Shown here piece after piece: positions 27,100 to 37,370 of a stretch of 64,000 nucleotides of DNA. Position 1 is the first letter of the stretch, and every line of letters starts with the position of its first letter. The stretch covers positions 19,760 to 83,759 of IMG/VR virus record IMGVR_UViG_2636415645_000002. One strand, written 5' to 3'. The notes under the pieces were generated by a model. It searched no databases. It was not told the DNA's origin and saw only the letters and a program-made list of their open reading frames with translations. The stretch is from a virus (lineage: Duplodnaviria > Caudoviricetes). Made by a program: the position numbers and the translations under genes.

Positions 27100-30000
27100 A
27101 CCGAAAGTCTCCCGACCGATACGCGGTCGACCCCACCTGCATCAAACACCGTCAATCCGTCGTTGTTGAGCAGCGATGAACCACCCGTGCCCGCGCTTCG
27201 CAACGTGAAGGTGCCAGCGGGAATATTGATTTCCAGCAGTGGACGCCCAAGCGAGTCCACCGCCGGAGAGCGAAGCACCATCCCCAGAACAATTTCTTGA
27301 ATGATCGCCTTGCTGATAATCGCCGTATTGAATACGGCTTGGCCGTTCTCAATGACGAACATCGGGTCGATCTTTCCGTCTATCTCGTTAACGACGCCGA
27401 ACCTTTGAGCGAAGATCAGAAACTCCGACTGCTCTCCGTTCGAACCGAACGCCAGGCCGGACACAACCTTTCTGCCATCTACGATGGTTTGAGCCTTCAT
27501 GGTGGTCTGTGCCGATACTCTGCCGTACAGCCGGACAACCGTCTCGCTTACCGTTTGCACCGACGCACTCGTCTGTCCAATGCTCGACTGCAGCGTTTCC
27601 GTAGTTTTGGTCAACGCCTCGTTTGCACTCGCTTGCACAACCTTCTCAGCTGCAAAGCTGGCGGTTGACTCCCATGCCTTGATCGCACCAGCCAGATCAC
27701 CAGAGCCATCGTCACCACGAACGGAAGCCCGCAGCGCCTCATTGCTCGACGCCTGGGATGTGATCTTCCCGTCCAGGTTTGTGACTTTTGTGTCAAGGCT
27801 GGTGAGCGCTTGAGCAGTGCCGCTCGCCTTTTCATCGACTGCAGACAGATCGCTGTTCAGTTTCGTGATCTGTGCTGCGGACGTCTCGCGGTTCGATGCA
27901 ACAACCTGTTCCAGTACAGTCAGCGACGACTTGTTGTCGCCGACCTGCGCGCCCAGGGTAAGCAGCTGCTGAGCCATCGCATCGTTTTCGCTGGCACGGG
28001 TTTTACGCCCGACCGCCAGATCAGCCGTCGAAGTCCAGCCCTTGATTGCATCAGCCAGGTCGCCGGCGCCGTCATCACCACGAGCAGCTGAGCGCAACGC
28101 CTCAACTGAGGTGGCGGTGGCCAACACCTTGCCGTCGATTTCCTCGATCTTCGTTTCGATGATCTGCACCTGGGAAACCAGTGCATCAGTGGTCTCAAGG
28201 ATGGTGCCGATATCGATCCAGTAAGTCGCGTCGGGCGGCGTTTTCCCCGCAGGCACAGGGCCTTTCGCTTGGTAGAGGCGCTGATCCAGTCGGACAATGT
28301 CGCCCTTCAGATAAGGTTTCGCAGGGTCGTAGGCGAGTGCGTCGTTCACCTGGTCGATCAGGTCTTTCAGCTCCTGCTTGGCTTCCTCGAGGCGTTCATT
28401 TACTGAGCCAGGGCCGTCGCCGGTGATCAGCTCGATTTCTTCACGCAGGCTCTGGTACAGGGCGCCCTTTCCGATTTTCTCAGCGTAGTACGCCTCGTAA
28501 TCGCTCTGTTTAGAACTGGCCTGGCCATTGACGGCGCCGGGTATAGGGAAGAACGGGCCAACGTTGCCAGTCCGGTCTACGAGGCGCGCCCAGAAGAACA
28601 GACTCGCCCCTGCCAGCAGGCTGTGCATCTCGTGCTTGGCCTGCGGGTAACTGAAGTCGCTCAGCTTTATCGCGGTCGCCCGGTCAGCCGATTGGCTGTA
28701 CCAGATTTCCGTGCGCTCGGTGTCCTCTGCGCCTGGTGGAAAACCCCATTGAATGCCTATGCCGTATACAAGGCTTTTGGTGGTAAGGAACGACACTGCC
28801 GGCGGCAGGCCCGTCTTGCCCTCAAGGTTGGTCAGGCTGGAGTTTTTCCAGATCGACGAGATTTCGAAGGCGCTCACTGCGCGAACCCGAGCCAGGTAGG
28901 CACCCGAGTAAATACCGGTGACGTCGACGCTCGTCGAGCCAGTACGCTGCACCTTGATCCAGTTGCCGTTGTCCTTGCGCCACTCCACGTCATAAGCGAC
29001 GGCACCAGTTACGGCAGGCCACGAGATGTTCATGGTGCTGATCGCGATGCCCTGGTTCACCGCGTAGCTCGACGTCAGCGTGACGCTGGCCGGCGGCGGT
29101 ACCACGGTGATTGGTATAACGCTAATGGGGCGCTCTTCCAGGCGAGCGCCGGTATCGATGTGCGCGAACTTGCTCGGGTCGTACTGAACGGCCGATATCT
29201 CGAACACGCCGGGCTCTGGCCTGGCCACGCTGACCACCCGGTAAAGCGGGACTGCCAAGTCGTCAGCATCGAGCGCCCACACCAATTCCGGCTCAGGTGT
29301 CACGGAGTAAGCCACGGTGACCGTAACCTGCCGCCCGCTGACCAACTGCACAGTGCGCGCCTCGCACTTGCCGTCAGGCAGGTTGAGGATCAGTCGGTCG
29401 CCGGGCTTGGCCTGAGTGTCGCGGTCCAGCTTGATGACCTTGCCGTTTACCGCTGAGATACGCCCGCCGATGGCACGCCCGGCGAGCAGTTCGTCAGCAA
29501 TCGGGATGACGTAACCAGGCAGCGGAATGCGCCCGTCCAAGCCCACCTTGAAGGTGACGGCCCGATCCTTGGAGTTGGTGAGCAACGCCCACTTGCCGCG
29601 GCGCTGGGCCTCCGATTCGCGGGTGCAGCCGATAGCGCTGATCTCAAGCGGGTTATCGCCGTAGCGCCGCTGCAGCTTCTGGTCGGTCACCGCGGTGACA
29701 TCGGTGTCGTAGTTGTTCAGCGGGTTGTCGTAGCTGACCAGCGCTCTGGTGTAGCGTGTGCGCTCCGATGCGCTGGAGTAGGTGAACTTGCCATCGATGA
29801 CGTTTGCCCGGGTGTAGGCAAAGTCGAAGTCCGTTGCCCGCGGCATATCCGAGAGAGTGAACACCTGGCCTTGGGCCCAGTAGGTCATACCTCGGTAGAT
29901 CGCCGAGATGTCACGCAGCAGCGACCAAGCGTCAGCCTTGCTCTGCAGGTTCAAGTTGCAGATGAAGCGCGGCTCCTGGCCACCCTTCCCGTCCGGCACC

Positions 30001-30968
30001 AGTTGGTCGCAGTATTGAGAGATTCGGTACAGCTCCCACTTATCCACCATCCACGGCTTGATGCGACGGCCCAGACCAAAGCGATCAATGGTGGTGATGC
30101 CGTAGGTAGCCCAGGTAGGGTTGTTGGTGTAAGCCTCCTTCAACGTCCCGTCCCAAATACCACTGTACGTTCGCGAAACAGGGTCATAGTTGCTTGGAAC
30201 TTGCCACTTGCGAGCCTTACAGCCTACGGTGACCGCCGGAATGCTGCGAAACTGCTCGGCTGAGAACTCGATGTAGAGCAGCGCGGTGTTCGGATAACGG
30301 ATCTTTGCGTCGATCACCTCGGTGAATCCCGCGATCTGCATGATGTCAGAAAACTTGCCGGGACTATTTTGGTTTACCGTCAGCCTCGTTATGCGCATCA
30401 GCCAGCCGGTGGTGGACTTCGGCAAGTCAATTCGACGGGTGCGCTCGTATAGGTTTGTGGTCTTCCCATCTACCGCCTCGTTCAAGACCTCCTGGTAAAC
30501 CCCGCCATCGGTTGCCAACTCGACTTTGTACTGAATGCGATAGCCGTTGATGTTGTTATTTGCATCGACGGACTGAAGCGCCGGCCAGGCAAACCGCACG
30601 CGCACAGCGGAAAGCTGAGTGTTGCTGATCGCCCTAATCCACGGGGTTCCGCTGCGCAGTTCGGTGTTGATAGTGGTCTCGTTCTCGACCGATGGAATGC
30701 CCTGGATATAGGCCTGGTCCACGGCCCCGGTGCGCCACTCCCACTTGACGTTCGGGAAGTTCATGTTTCCCTGCGGGTCTTGCAGCGGAGTGTTGTCGAG
30801 GTAGATGTCCCTGGCGGTTGGTGTGCCTTCGAATTCACCCTCGCCCACGGCGATGAGCATTTTTGCAATGGCAACCGAGCGCAGACTGTCAGGGGCTTCC
30901 GTTGGCGTTTTAGGCTTCTCTTCGCCGCCCTTGGCGCCGTGGATGTCGATCTTGCTGTCGTCGCCCAT
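27096..30968 (-). CDS. Host specificity / tail tip protein J
   Basis: Starts MGDDSKIDIHGAKGG; YPNTALL, VPSNYDP, FnIII-like region, coiled coil. Confidence 0.92.
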   Translation of the reverse strand: MGDDSKIDIHGAKGGEEKPKTPTEAPDSLRSVAIAKMLIAVGEGEFEGTPTARDIYLDNTPLQDPQGNMNFPNVKWEWRTGAVDQAYIQGIPSVENETTINTELRSGTPWIRAISNTQLSAVRVRFAWPALQSVDANNNINGYRIQYKVELATDGGVYQEVLNEAVDGKTTNLYERTRRIDLPKSTTGWLMRITRLTVNQNSPGKFSDIMQIAGFTEVIDAKIRYPNTALLYIEFSAEQFRSIPAVTVGCKARKWQVPSNYDPVSRTYSGIWDGTLKEAYTNNPTWATYGITTIDRFGLGRRIKPWMVDKWELYRISQYCDQLVPDGKGGQEPRFICNLNLQSKADAWSLLRDISAIYRGMTYWAQGQVFTLSDMPRATDFDFAYTRANVIDGKFTYSSASERTRYTRALVSYDNPLNNYDTDVTAVTDQKLQRRYGDNPLEISAIGCTRESEAQRRGKWALLTNSKDRAVTFKVGLDGRIPLPGYVIPIADELLAGRAIGGRISAVNGKVIKLDRDTQAKPGDRLILNLPDGKCEARTVQLVSGRQVTVTVAYSVTPEPELVWALDADDLAVPLYRVVSVARPEPGVFEISAVQYDPSKFAHIDTGARLEERPISVIPITVVPPPASVTLTSSYAVNQGIAISTMNISWPAVTGAVAYDVEWRKDNGNWIKVQRTGSTSVDVTGIYSGAYLARVRAVSAFEISSIWKNSSLTNLEGKTGLPPAVSFLTTKSLVYGIGIQWGFPPGAEDTERTEIWYSQSADRATAIKLSDFSYPQAKHEMHSLLAGASLFFWARLVDRTGNVGPFFPIPGAVNGQASSKQSDYEAYYAEKIGKGALYQSLREEIELITGDGPGSVNERLEEAKQELKDLIDQVNDALAYDPAKPYLKGDIVRLDQRLYQAKGPVPAGKTPPDATYWIDIGTILETTDALVSQVQIIETKIEEIDGKVLATATSVEALRSAARGDDGAGDLADAIKGWTSTADLAVGRKTRASENDAMAQQLLTLGAQVGDNKSSLTVLEQVVASNRETSAAQITKLNSDLSAVDEKASGTAQALTSLDTKVTNLDGKITSQASSNEALRASVRGDDGSGDLAGAIKAWESTASFAAEKVVQASANEALTKTTETLQSSIGQTSASVQTVSETVVRLYGRVSAQTTMKAQTIVDGRKVVSGLAFGSNGEQSEFLIFAQRFGVVNEIDGKIDPMFVIENGQAVFNTAIISKAIIQEIVLGMVLRSPAVDSLGRPLLEINIPAGTFTLRSAGTGGSSLLNNDGLTVFDAGGVDRVSVGRLSV

Positions 30969-31027
30969 CTTTTTCTCCAGGCAATAAAAAACCGCCTCGT
31001 GGGCGGCTGCAGTGCTGTTGGTTGCGG

Positions 31028-31621
31028 CTACATCTGATCTTCGGCGTATATGGCGGCACTGATGATCGCCCCGCCCCAGCGGCGCTCGCCGATGCAAAGC
31101 GGTACCGGGTTGCCCGAGGCCGTGGTGTTCTTGGCGCTACCGAAGGCGTAGCCCGGAGTATTCTCGGGCGCGGCGCTGGTCTTGAGTCCGCCAGCCTGGG
31201 GGCTGAGCATTTGAATGACGCCGCCAGCGACAAGCCCGATGCCTGCACCTATGAGTGGTGTGCCGAAAGGCGTGGCCGAGAAGATCACCCCGACCACAAT
31301 TAGAATTGCACCGACAATCGTTTGAAGAATGCCGCCGCGCTTGCTGCCCACTACTACCGGGGCAATTCGGATATCACCGGCACCGTTGTAGGTCAGTTCC
31401 TTTTCTCCGATGTTTCGTTTGTCGCGAAAGACTGCGAACTCTAGCCCGCGCGACTTAGCGTTCGACAGAAAGCGCTCAAAACCAGGGATCTGGACGCACA
31501 GCGCCTTAATGGCTTCGGCCGGCGACTTTACGGCGAGTCTGAACGAATTCCCGAACTGCCGGAGTTGCCCGTGCAAGCGGATGGTTGTCAATGGCTGGTA
31601 ATTGATTGCTGAGGCCTGCAT
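31028..31621 (-). CDS. Tail assembly protein I
   Basis: IRLHGQL...AEAIKAL...YAFGSAKNT...PVPLCIGER. Confidence 0.88.
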   Translation of the reverse strand: MQASAINYQPLTTIRLHGQLRQFGNSFRLAVKSPAEAIKALCVQIPGFERFLSNAKSRGLEFAVFRDKRNIGEKELTYNGAGDIRIAPVVVGSKRGGILQTIVGAILIVVGVIFSATPFGTPLIGAGIGLVAGGVIQMLSPQAGGLKTSAAPENTPGYAFGSAKNTTASGNPVPLCIGERRWGGAIISAAIYAEDQM

Positions 31622-31675
31622 AGCTTTCTCCCGGCGTAAAAAAACCGCCCGGAGGCGGTTCATGAATTTCGCTTT

Positions 31676-32098
31676 TCAGTTGTAGTCGACATAAGGGCCT
31701 ATGTAGAAACCGCCTATATCGCCGCTAATCCTGTAGAGGCTTTCCTTTCCGGGTTGCACGGTGGCTGCGATGGTACGGATGGCCGCGCCAGCACATAGAC
31801 CGGAACCTGCGAGACCCGCACCGAGGCTTGGTGAGCCAGGGGGAAGGAAGAAGGTAGCCCGTTGACCTGTACCTATTTTCGCCGCTTTGCGTCCATCTAC
31901 ATACACGACGATATCGCAGCCCGAGCCTACCGCACCGGAGTCGCGCACAACCGTGACTTTTCCGCTTTCACCCGAGGGCTTTGACTGAAAGGCGTAAAGC
32001 TCATCGGACGGGACCGGCTTCGCATCCCTAACCGATATCGCCGATGAGGCACACCCCGCCAGCATCGCCACCGCCGCCGCCGCTATCAAAATCCGCAT
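31676..32098 (-). CDS. Lipoprotein moron
   Basis: MLAG|C lipobox; inserted between K and I, followed by terminator. Confidence 0.75.
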   Translation of the reverse strand: MRILIAAAAVAMLAGCASSAISVRDAKPVPSDELYAFQSKPSGESGKVTVVRDSGAVGSGCDIVVYVDGRKAAKIGTGQRATFFLPPGSPSLGAGLAGSGLCAGAAIRTIAATVQPGKESLYRISGDIGGFYIGPYVDYN

Positions 32099-32130
32099 GA
32101 TCGATCCTCGTCCTTAAAGTGCCGACTGTA

Positions 32131-32886
32131 TCACCGAGCGTCACGGTGGCGAAGAATCAGGCGTGCACGGTCATGCCAGGGCCCACCGTAGACGATGATC
32201 TCGGACGGCCTGCCGTAAAGGTGGTGCAGCATGAATGGCCCAGGGCCGAAGGTAGCGGAATCCTCACCAGGCAGCGCCGGATCGGTGCCCAGGTATATGC
32301 CTGCGTGGTTCGGGTGCACCGTACGGCCAACCTGCATAACGATCATGTCACCGCGCTGGGGACTGTCTACGCGCAGGAAGCCGGCAGCCTCGTAATACTG
32401 TTCGTAAAGACTGGGGTTTTCCGCCCTCTCCCACCAGCCATCGATGCGCTGGAAGGTTTCAAACTCAAGCCCCCACTCGCGTTGATACCAATCTGCGCAT
32501 ACAGCCCAACAGTCCCAAACTCCATGAACAAACGGACGCTTGAGCAGCGGCACGGCGCCAGACGGCGTGATCGTCCTGAGGTCTCCTTCGGGCCAGGAGA
32601 GAATGTGCCAGGGCAGCGCCGTGGCCTCGCACATGGCCAGGTCGTGCGGTGACGGCCGGCTGGTGGCGTCCGGGTGGGAGTGGACGATGCCGATCACCTC
32701 GCCCAGGTCTTCCGCAGCGGCGTAGTCCTCTGGATCAAGCCTGAACTCTTCGTGAGGCTCCGTGGAGATGTTCTTGCACGGGAAGTACTTCTGCGCGCGG
32801 CCCATGGCAAGCAACAGACCGCAGCACTCTCTCGGGTACTCGGCGGCGGCGTGCGCCTGGACCGCCGCAACGATGTGCTTGCGCAT
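32131..32886 (-). CDS. Tail assembly protein K (MPN + NlpC/P60)
   Basis: YPRECCG, HSHPD, DCW and NHAGIY motifs. Confidence 0.9.
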   Translation of the reverse strand: MRKHIVAAVQAHAAAEYPRECCGLLLAMGRAQKYFPCKNISTEPHEEFRLDPEDYAAAEDLGEVIGIVHSHPDATSRPSPHDLAMCEATALPWHILSWPEGDLRTITPSGAVPLLKRPFVHGVWDCWAVCADWYQREWGLEFETFQRIDGWWERAENPSLYEQYYEAAGFLRVDSPQRGDMIVMQVGRTVHPNHAGIYLGTDPALPGEDSATFGPGPFMLHHLYGRPSEIIVYGGPWHDRARLILRHRDAR

Positions 32887-32888
32887 GG

Positions 32889-33641
32889 TCAGCTCCGGGC
32901 TATCAGGGAAACGGCGGGAAATCCACCAAAGGACAGTTCGTTGTTCTCGCCGAAGCGCAGCTTGCAGGACGATAGGCAGCCCTTGCATTGGTCCCGGGCG
33001 GGATCGGTCGTTGGGTTGTCCTCGTCGTCAAACATCGCTGGGCCGGTATAGCCGCAGTCCGGCCCGCGGTAACCGTTGGTCATGGCCCAGTGGCAGAAGG
33101 TCGTCATCTGTCGCCCAGGCAGCCCGTGGTTATCGATCTCGCCCGGTGAGGATAACTCCCAGACCACCGCCTCGCCGTCTTCGCTGGTTTTCTGGTCGAT
33201 GTACCAGATCTCCAGCGCCTCCTGGGTAGGGTCGGCCGTTGCGTTACCTTCTGGAAAGTTCACCGCATCCAGGTACTGGGCCAGGGTCTCGCGAACGGTC
33301 AGCTTGAACTTGAGCATGTCCTCGAAGGCCAGGCACAGCGCTGTGACACGGCCATTGATGTTGCCGGCGGCGAACGTTGGCCTGGTAGCCGATCCATCGC
33401 TGTTAGAGCCAATACCTTCAACCTGCACAGGCCAGGCGGCGTACTCGGCACCCTGCCACCAGATCGACTTGGCTGGGAGCTCCTGTTCCGAACCTTCATA
33501 AGCCAGAAGCTCGTCCGGCGTGTGCGGTATGGCGTGACCGTGAAAGCGCAGATAATCGGCGCCGTATTCAGTCCCGTCGATTTCGAACAGGCGAATCTCG
33601 CCGCCGGGCTCCAGTTTTTGGATGTCCGCGATCAGTGCCAT
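32889..33641 (-). CDS. Minor tail protein L
   Basis: YRGPDCGY and CKGCLSSCKLRFG Cys pattern. Confidence 0.9.
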   Translation of the reverse strand: MALIADIQKLEPGGEIRLFEIDGTEYGADYLRFHGHAIPHTPDELLAYEGSEQELPAKSIWWQGAEYAAWPVQVEGIGSNSDGSATRPTFAAGNINGRVTALCLAFEDMLKFKLTVRETLAQYLDAVNFPEGNATADPTQEALEIWYIDQKTSEDGEAVVWELSSPGEIDNHGLPGRQMTTFCHWAMTNGYRGPDCGYTGPAMFDDEDNPTTDPARDQCKGCLSSCKLRFGENNELSFGGFPAVSLIARS

Positions 33642-33650
33642 ATATAACCT

Positions 33651-33989
33651 TTATGGTTGGAAGTTTTGTTCGAAGGTTGCGGTGAGCGTGTAGTTTTCCG
33701 CGCCGTGGGCGGTGAGCTGATATCCATCACATTTGTATAGCCCCAGCTCACCAAGCGGCGGCGTCCACAAAAAGCCTCTGGCGCCCTTATGGGCGTCGAT
33801 GAAGTCCATTATCTGCTTGGTGCGAACGCCATCACCGAGAAACGTGAGCGGCCAGGACTGCGATTTGTTGTTGATGCCATCGCTTACCGATTGCGCGTAA
33901 CCATCGCCAAAGCCTTTGGTGCGTACCCGGAATTTTGCCTGGCCCTGCGGGTCAGTCCTCGGGCACCAGGTGAACCTTTCAAGCGCCAT
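33651..33989 (-). CDS. Minor tail protein M
   Basis: FGDGYAQ...GIN...FLWTPP motifs. Confidence 0.88.
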   Translation of the reverse strand: MALERFTWCPRTDPQGQAKFRVRTKGFGDGYAQSVSDGINNKSQSWPLTFLGDGVRTKQIMDFIDAHKGARGFLWTPPLGELGLYKCDGYQLTAHGAENYTLTATFEQNFQP

Positions 33990-33995
33990 AGTTGA

Positions 33996-36704
33996 TTACC
34001 CACTGATTGCTCTTTTAATGCTGCCGCCCTGCCCCAGGTCCTTGCGAATCAGCTGACGGTAACGCTGGTCAACAAAATCACCGAGATCCTTCCCGAACTG
34101 CTGATATGCCGGGTCATCCGCTGTAGAGCTGGTAGTCCCATCACTTGCGACAGTCACGGTCACGTTTATCTGGGCAGGAGCGCCCATAGCGCCAGAGCCG
34201 CCACCAACAGCCCTCACACCAAGAGCACCACTCGCTGTTCTGGTCAGCGGCATGATCGCCTCTGGCCCAGCCTCCCCCATCAATCCCATGCCCCCGGCCA
34301 TCCCAAACGCCGTTGGCTTGCTGACGATAGAGTTTGTGAATGCGCCACCATCGGCGAACATCTGCACGCCACCCGACCAGGCGCCGCCCTTGGCTTGTGG
34401 GAAGTAGCTTCCGGAGTAACCCCCAGCAGACGCCCCCAAGTTGGACGAAGTGGCACCAGCAGACCCGGCTGCAAGCCCATTGCCGCCAGCGGCCGTACCA
34501 CCGAAGTAACTGGCGGCCGCACCGACCAAGCTGCCCAGCAACGCCGAACTTGCCTGGCGGGTCGCGATACGCGCCATATCGGCCAGAATGGATTTGGTGA
34601 AGTCGGCAAACGACGCCTTACCGGTGATGGCAAAGTTCACCAGCGAATCTTCCATGGAGCTGAAAGCGTTGCTGAACATGCTTTTCGTCTGGCCGGCGAC
34701 GTCTTTGGCGCTATCCAAATAGTCCTGCCAGGCGCTCTTCGCGCCGCTTGACCAGTCGCTTTGCGCAGAGTCCATCTGCGCCCATCCCTCCTGCATCGCA
34801 GCCACTTGCTTCGGCAGGTACGCATTTGTCAGGTCAATCTGGTCTTGAAGGGCTTTGCGCTGAGTGTCAGTTGTAGCTGTTGCAAGCTCGGTCCGAAGGG
34901 AAAGAACTTTATCGTTGGTCTGACGCTCAAGCTCCAGGCGCTCGAGATAGCGATCGGACTCCTTGCTGCCCATGCCGACGGCCGCAGCCTGTGCCGCATA
35001 CTGCTCGCGCTGATTGTTGAGCTGCCGCTCCAGGTCAGCCTGGAACTGCATCGCCTGGGAAAGCCCGGTGGCGGCGTTAACCGCCTCGTTGAACTGGCTC
35101 GCCAACCAAGCGGTGGCTTTACCGTACTGCTCTTTGGAGATTTTTCCGTTTTTCTCCAGCAGTGCGATCTGTCCGGTCTGCTTGCTGAATTCGTGCGCCG
35201 CAGCGTTTACCGGATCATAGGTCTGACGGAGCTGATCAAAAGCCGTGGCGGCCTCTTTGAGCTGTGCCTTGAGCTTGCTCTGGGCATCCGTGGCGGCTTT
35301 AGTGGAGCCGTTGAGCTGGGCGACCTGCTTGTCGATTGCCTCAATTGCGCGCCTGTAGCGATCAGCGTTGGCGGGATCTTTGGCCATTGCTGCAACGAGC
35401 TCGGCACGGTCCTCCTGCAATTTGTTCAGGCGATCATAAGAGTCGAGCAGTTTCAGTGATGCCGCGGTGGTTCCAGTAAATGCCGCGGCGACTTTTTGCT
35501 CTTGTTGCTCAACCTGCTTATTTCCCTCAACCAGCTTCTGATCGCCCCAGCCGCGCAGATCGCTATAGGCCTTGTAGCTAGCCAGGCGTTCATCTGATGC
35601 TTTCTTGGCGGCCCCAAGGTCCTGCCCGAACAGATCGCCAACGAACAGCGTTGGATTGGTGGCGAACTTGTTGAACGCGCCCTGTGACTTGTTATAAGCG
35701 TCCAATGACCGGTTGGTGGCTTCCTCATCCGACACCCCTGCAAGGTGCCGTGTTTTCCGGTCGGTAGAGAAAAAGGATGTGACCTGCTTCAGATCATTGG
35801 CCATTGCGCGCAAGTCGTTGGGCAGTTGTGCCAGGCCGCTTGCGGCGGCGCCGGTCAACTTCACAACCAGCGCGGCCAAGTCTGCCATGCCCTGCTGGAA
35901 CGCTGGATCCTTAACGATATCGCGCAAGCCATCGAGCGAGTTTTGCAGGGGCCCCATATCAACGTTTGCGAGCCCGGACACGAACTCGTTGCGCAACCCT
36001 TCGACCTGGAACTGCAGGTCTTGGATGATTTCGTTTGCGCGCACCAGGTTCGCGATCTGCGCAGGATCCATTGCGATCCCGAAGTCCTTGGCCTGCGCCA
36101 GGTACTTGCGCAGGCTCTCGCCCCCTTTATCGAGCAGGGGCAGCATCCGCGAAAGATCGTTGCCAAGGCTCTCGAGAATGTTGATTTTCTCGGACTGCGT
36201 TGAGACCTTTTTAAGGCCGTCGGCGATTGCCAGTAGCTGCTTGTCGGGCGCCATTCGCGCCAGCGCTTCGGCTGACAACCCCAGCTTTTTGAGACCATCT
36301 ATGGCCTCCCCGCCGCCGGTGATAACTGCGTCGCCGATCTTGTCGCCGATATCCTTGAAGATGTCGGCCATCTTGTCGCCGCTGAGTCCGGCGCGCTCGG
36401 CGGCATACTGCCACTGCTGCAAAACGGTCGTCCCGATGCCGAGGGATTTGGCCCAACGGTCGGTCTCGGTAGTCGCCGCCGCAGTGTTTTTAAGCATCAC
36501 CAGCGAAGCGGTACCCACACCCAGGGTTGCGGTCACCACGGTTGCAAGTGCGCCGCCAATCTTCTTGCCGGCGGCCTCGGCACGGGCCTCCATCTCCTTC
36601 ATGCGCTTTTCGGTGAGGCGGCCAGCCTTATCCATGCCCTGCTCGAAACCACCGATGCGCGCAATCAGGTCCAGCGTCAGCGTGCCGAGTGAACGAGTAG
36701 CCAT
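33996..36704 (-). CDS. Tail tape measure protein
   Basis: 902 aa Ala-rich helical; lambda-type C-terminus, GEAGPEAIMPL. Confidence 0.92.
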   Translation of the reverse strand: MATRSLGTLTLDLIARIGGFEQGMDKAGRLTEKRMKEMEARAEAAGKKIGGALATVVTATLGVGTASLVMLKNTAAATTETDRWAKSLGIGTTVLQQWQYAAERAGLSGDKMADIFKDIGDKIGDAVITGGGEAIDGLKKLGLSAEALARMAPDKQLLAIADGLKKVSTQSEKINILESLGNDLSRMLPLLDKGGESLRKYLAQAKDFGIAMDPAQIANLVRANEIIQDLQFQVEGLRNEFVSGLANVDMGPLQNSLDGLRDIVKDPAFQQGMADLAALVVKLTGAAASGLAQLPNDLRAMANDLKQVTSFFSTDRKTRHLAGVSDEEATNRSLDAYNKSQGAFNKFATNPTLFVGDLFGQDLGAAKKASDERLASYKAYSDLRGWGDQKLVEGNKQVEQQEQKVAAAFTGTTAASLKLLDSYDRLNKLQEDRAELVAAMAKDPANADRYRRAIEAIDKQVAQLNGSTKAATDAQSKLKAQLKEAATAFDQLRQTYDPVNAAAHEFSKQTGQIALLEKNGKISKEQYGKATAWLASQFNEAVNAATGLSQAMQFQADLERQLNNQREQYAAQAAAVGMGSKESDRYLERLELERQTNDKVLSLRTELATATTDTQRKALQDQIDLTNAYLPKQVAAMQEGWAQMDSAQSDWSSGAKSAWQDYLDSAKDVAGQTKSMFSNAFSSMEDSLVNFAITGKASFADFTKSILADMARIATRQASSALLGSLVGAAASYFGGTAAGGNGLAAGSAGATSSNLGASAGGYSGSYFPQAKGGAWSGGVQMFADGGAFTNSIVSKPTAFGMAGGMGLMGEAGPEAIMPLTRTASGALGVRAVGGGSGAMGAPAQINVTVTVASDGTTSSTADDPAYQQFGKDLGDFVDQRYRQLIRKDLGQGGSIKRAISG

Positions 36705-36729
36705 GGGCTATTTCCTGTAGGTGCGCAGG

Positions 36730-37023
36730 TCATGCCCATTCGGCCATGGCCGTCTCGAGCGATACCCCTGCTTTTTCTTGGTGAGGCATGAAGTCAATCA
36801 ACTCTGCGGTGCCGCCGCCCATCCGATTGACCTGCAGCGCAATGATCGCGCCCATCTGCTCGGATCGAGCCGCCAAATTGAAGGACCCATGTTTGTTTCT
36901 GTACGCAGCCCAGGCCATGGCCTCGGGATAACTGATATTGGTCTTGGCCTCTGCCACTGTTCGCCCGCCGACTCCGTTCAGCACCAGCTCATGCCAGAAC
37001 TCATCGGCGGCCGTTAGTTTTTT
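36730..37023 (-). CDS. Tail assembly chaperone GT extension (-1 frameshift)
   Basis: -1 frame after A AAA AAC reads KKLTAADEFWHELVLNGVGGR... Confidence 0.75.
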   Translation of the reverse strand, partial: KKLTAADEFWHELVLNGVGGRTVAEAKTNISYPEAMAWAAYRNKHGSFNLAARSEQMGAIIALQVNRMGGGTAELIDFMPHQEKAGVSLETAMAEWA

Positions 37024-37361
37024 GTGCGGTCCGCCCCGGTGTTATTAACCTCGTGCACTGCGGCAAGAATGGCCCAGCCCAGACCAGGGTTCAGGCGGTA
37101 AGCGTCCTCGTAGGAAATTGCCTCTTCGCCGTTTTCGCCGAGCGTCACGCAAGTGGAGATGTACTTGGCGTTACGGCTCTCTTCTGGCTCATTGGCAGAG
37201 AAGAGCTTTTCGATCATGCCGAAGGACTGTGGCATTACAAAAATCGAGAACTTGTCAGTGACAGGTTTGCCCTTGGCGTCTTCGTGTTTCCACACAACCG
37301 CCTTTTTTACCATGGCGCCGCCGACGAGACCGCCGGCAGCTTTCAGTTCAGTCAGATTCAT
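37014..37361 (-). CDS. Tail assembly chaperone G
   Basis: Between tail tube and tape measure; slippery site just before stop. Confidence 0.8.
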   Translation of the reverse strand: MNLTELKAAGGLVGGAMVKKAVVWKHEDAKGKPVTDKFSIFVMPQSFGMIEKLFSANEPEESRNAKYISTCVTLGENGEEAISYEDAYRLNPGLGWAILAAVHEVNNTGADRTKN

Positions 37362-37370
37362 GTTTCGCCC

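Noticed and set aside
25266-30968. Tail fibre or J as the DGR target
   Set aside because: No TR-like sequence was found by eye in these genes or elsewhere in the window; a BLASTN of TR against the whole genome is needed to exclude remote targets
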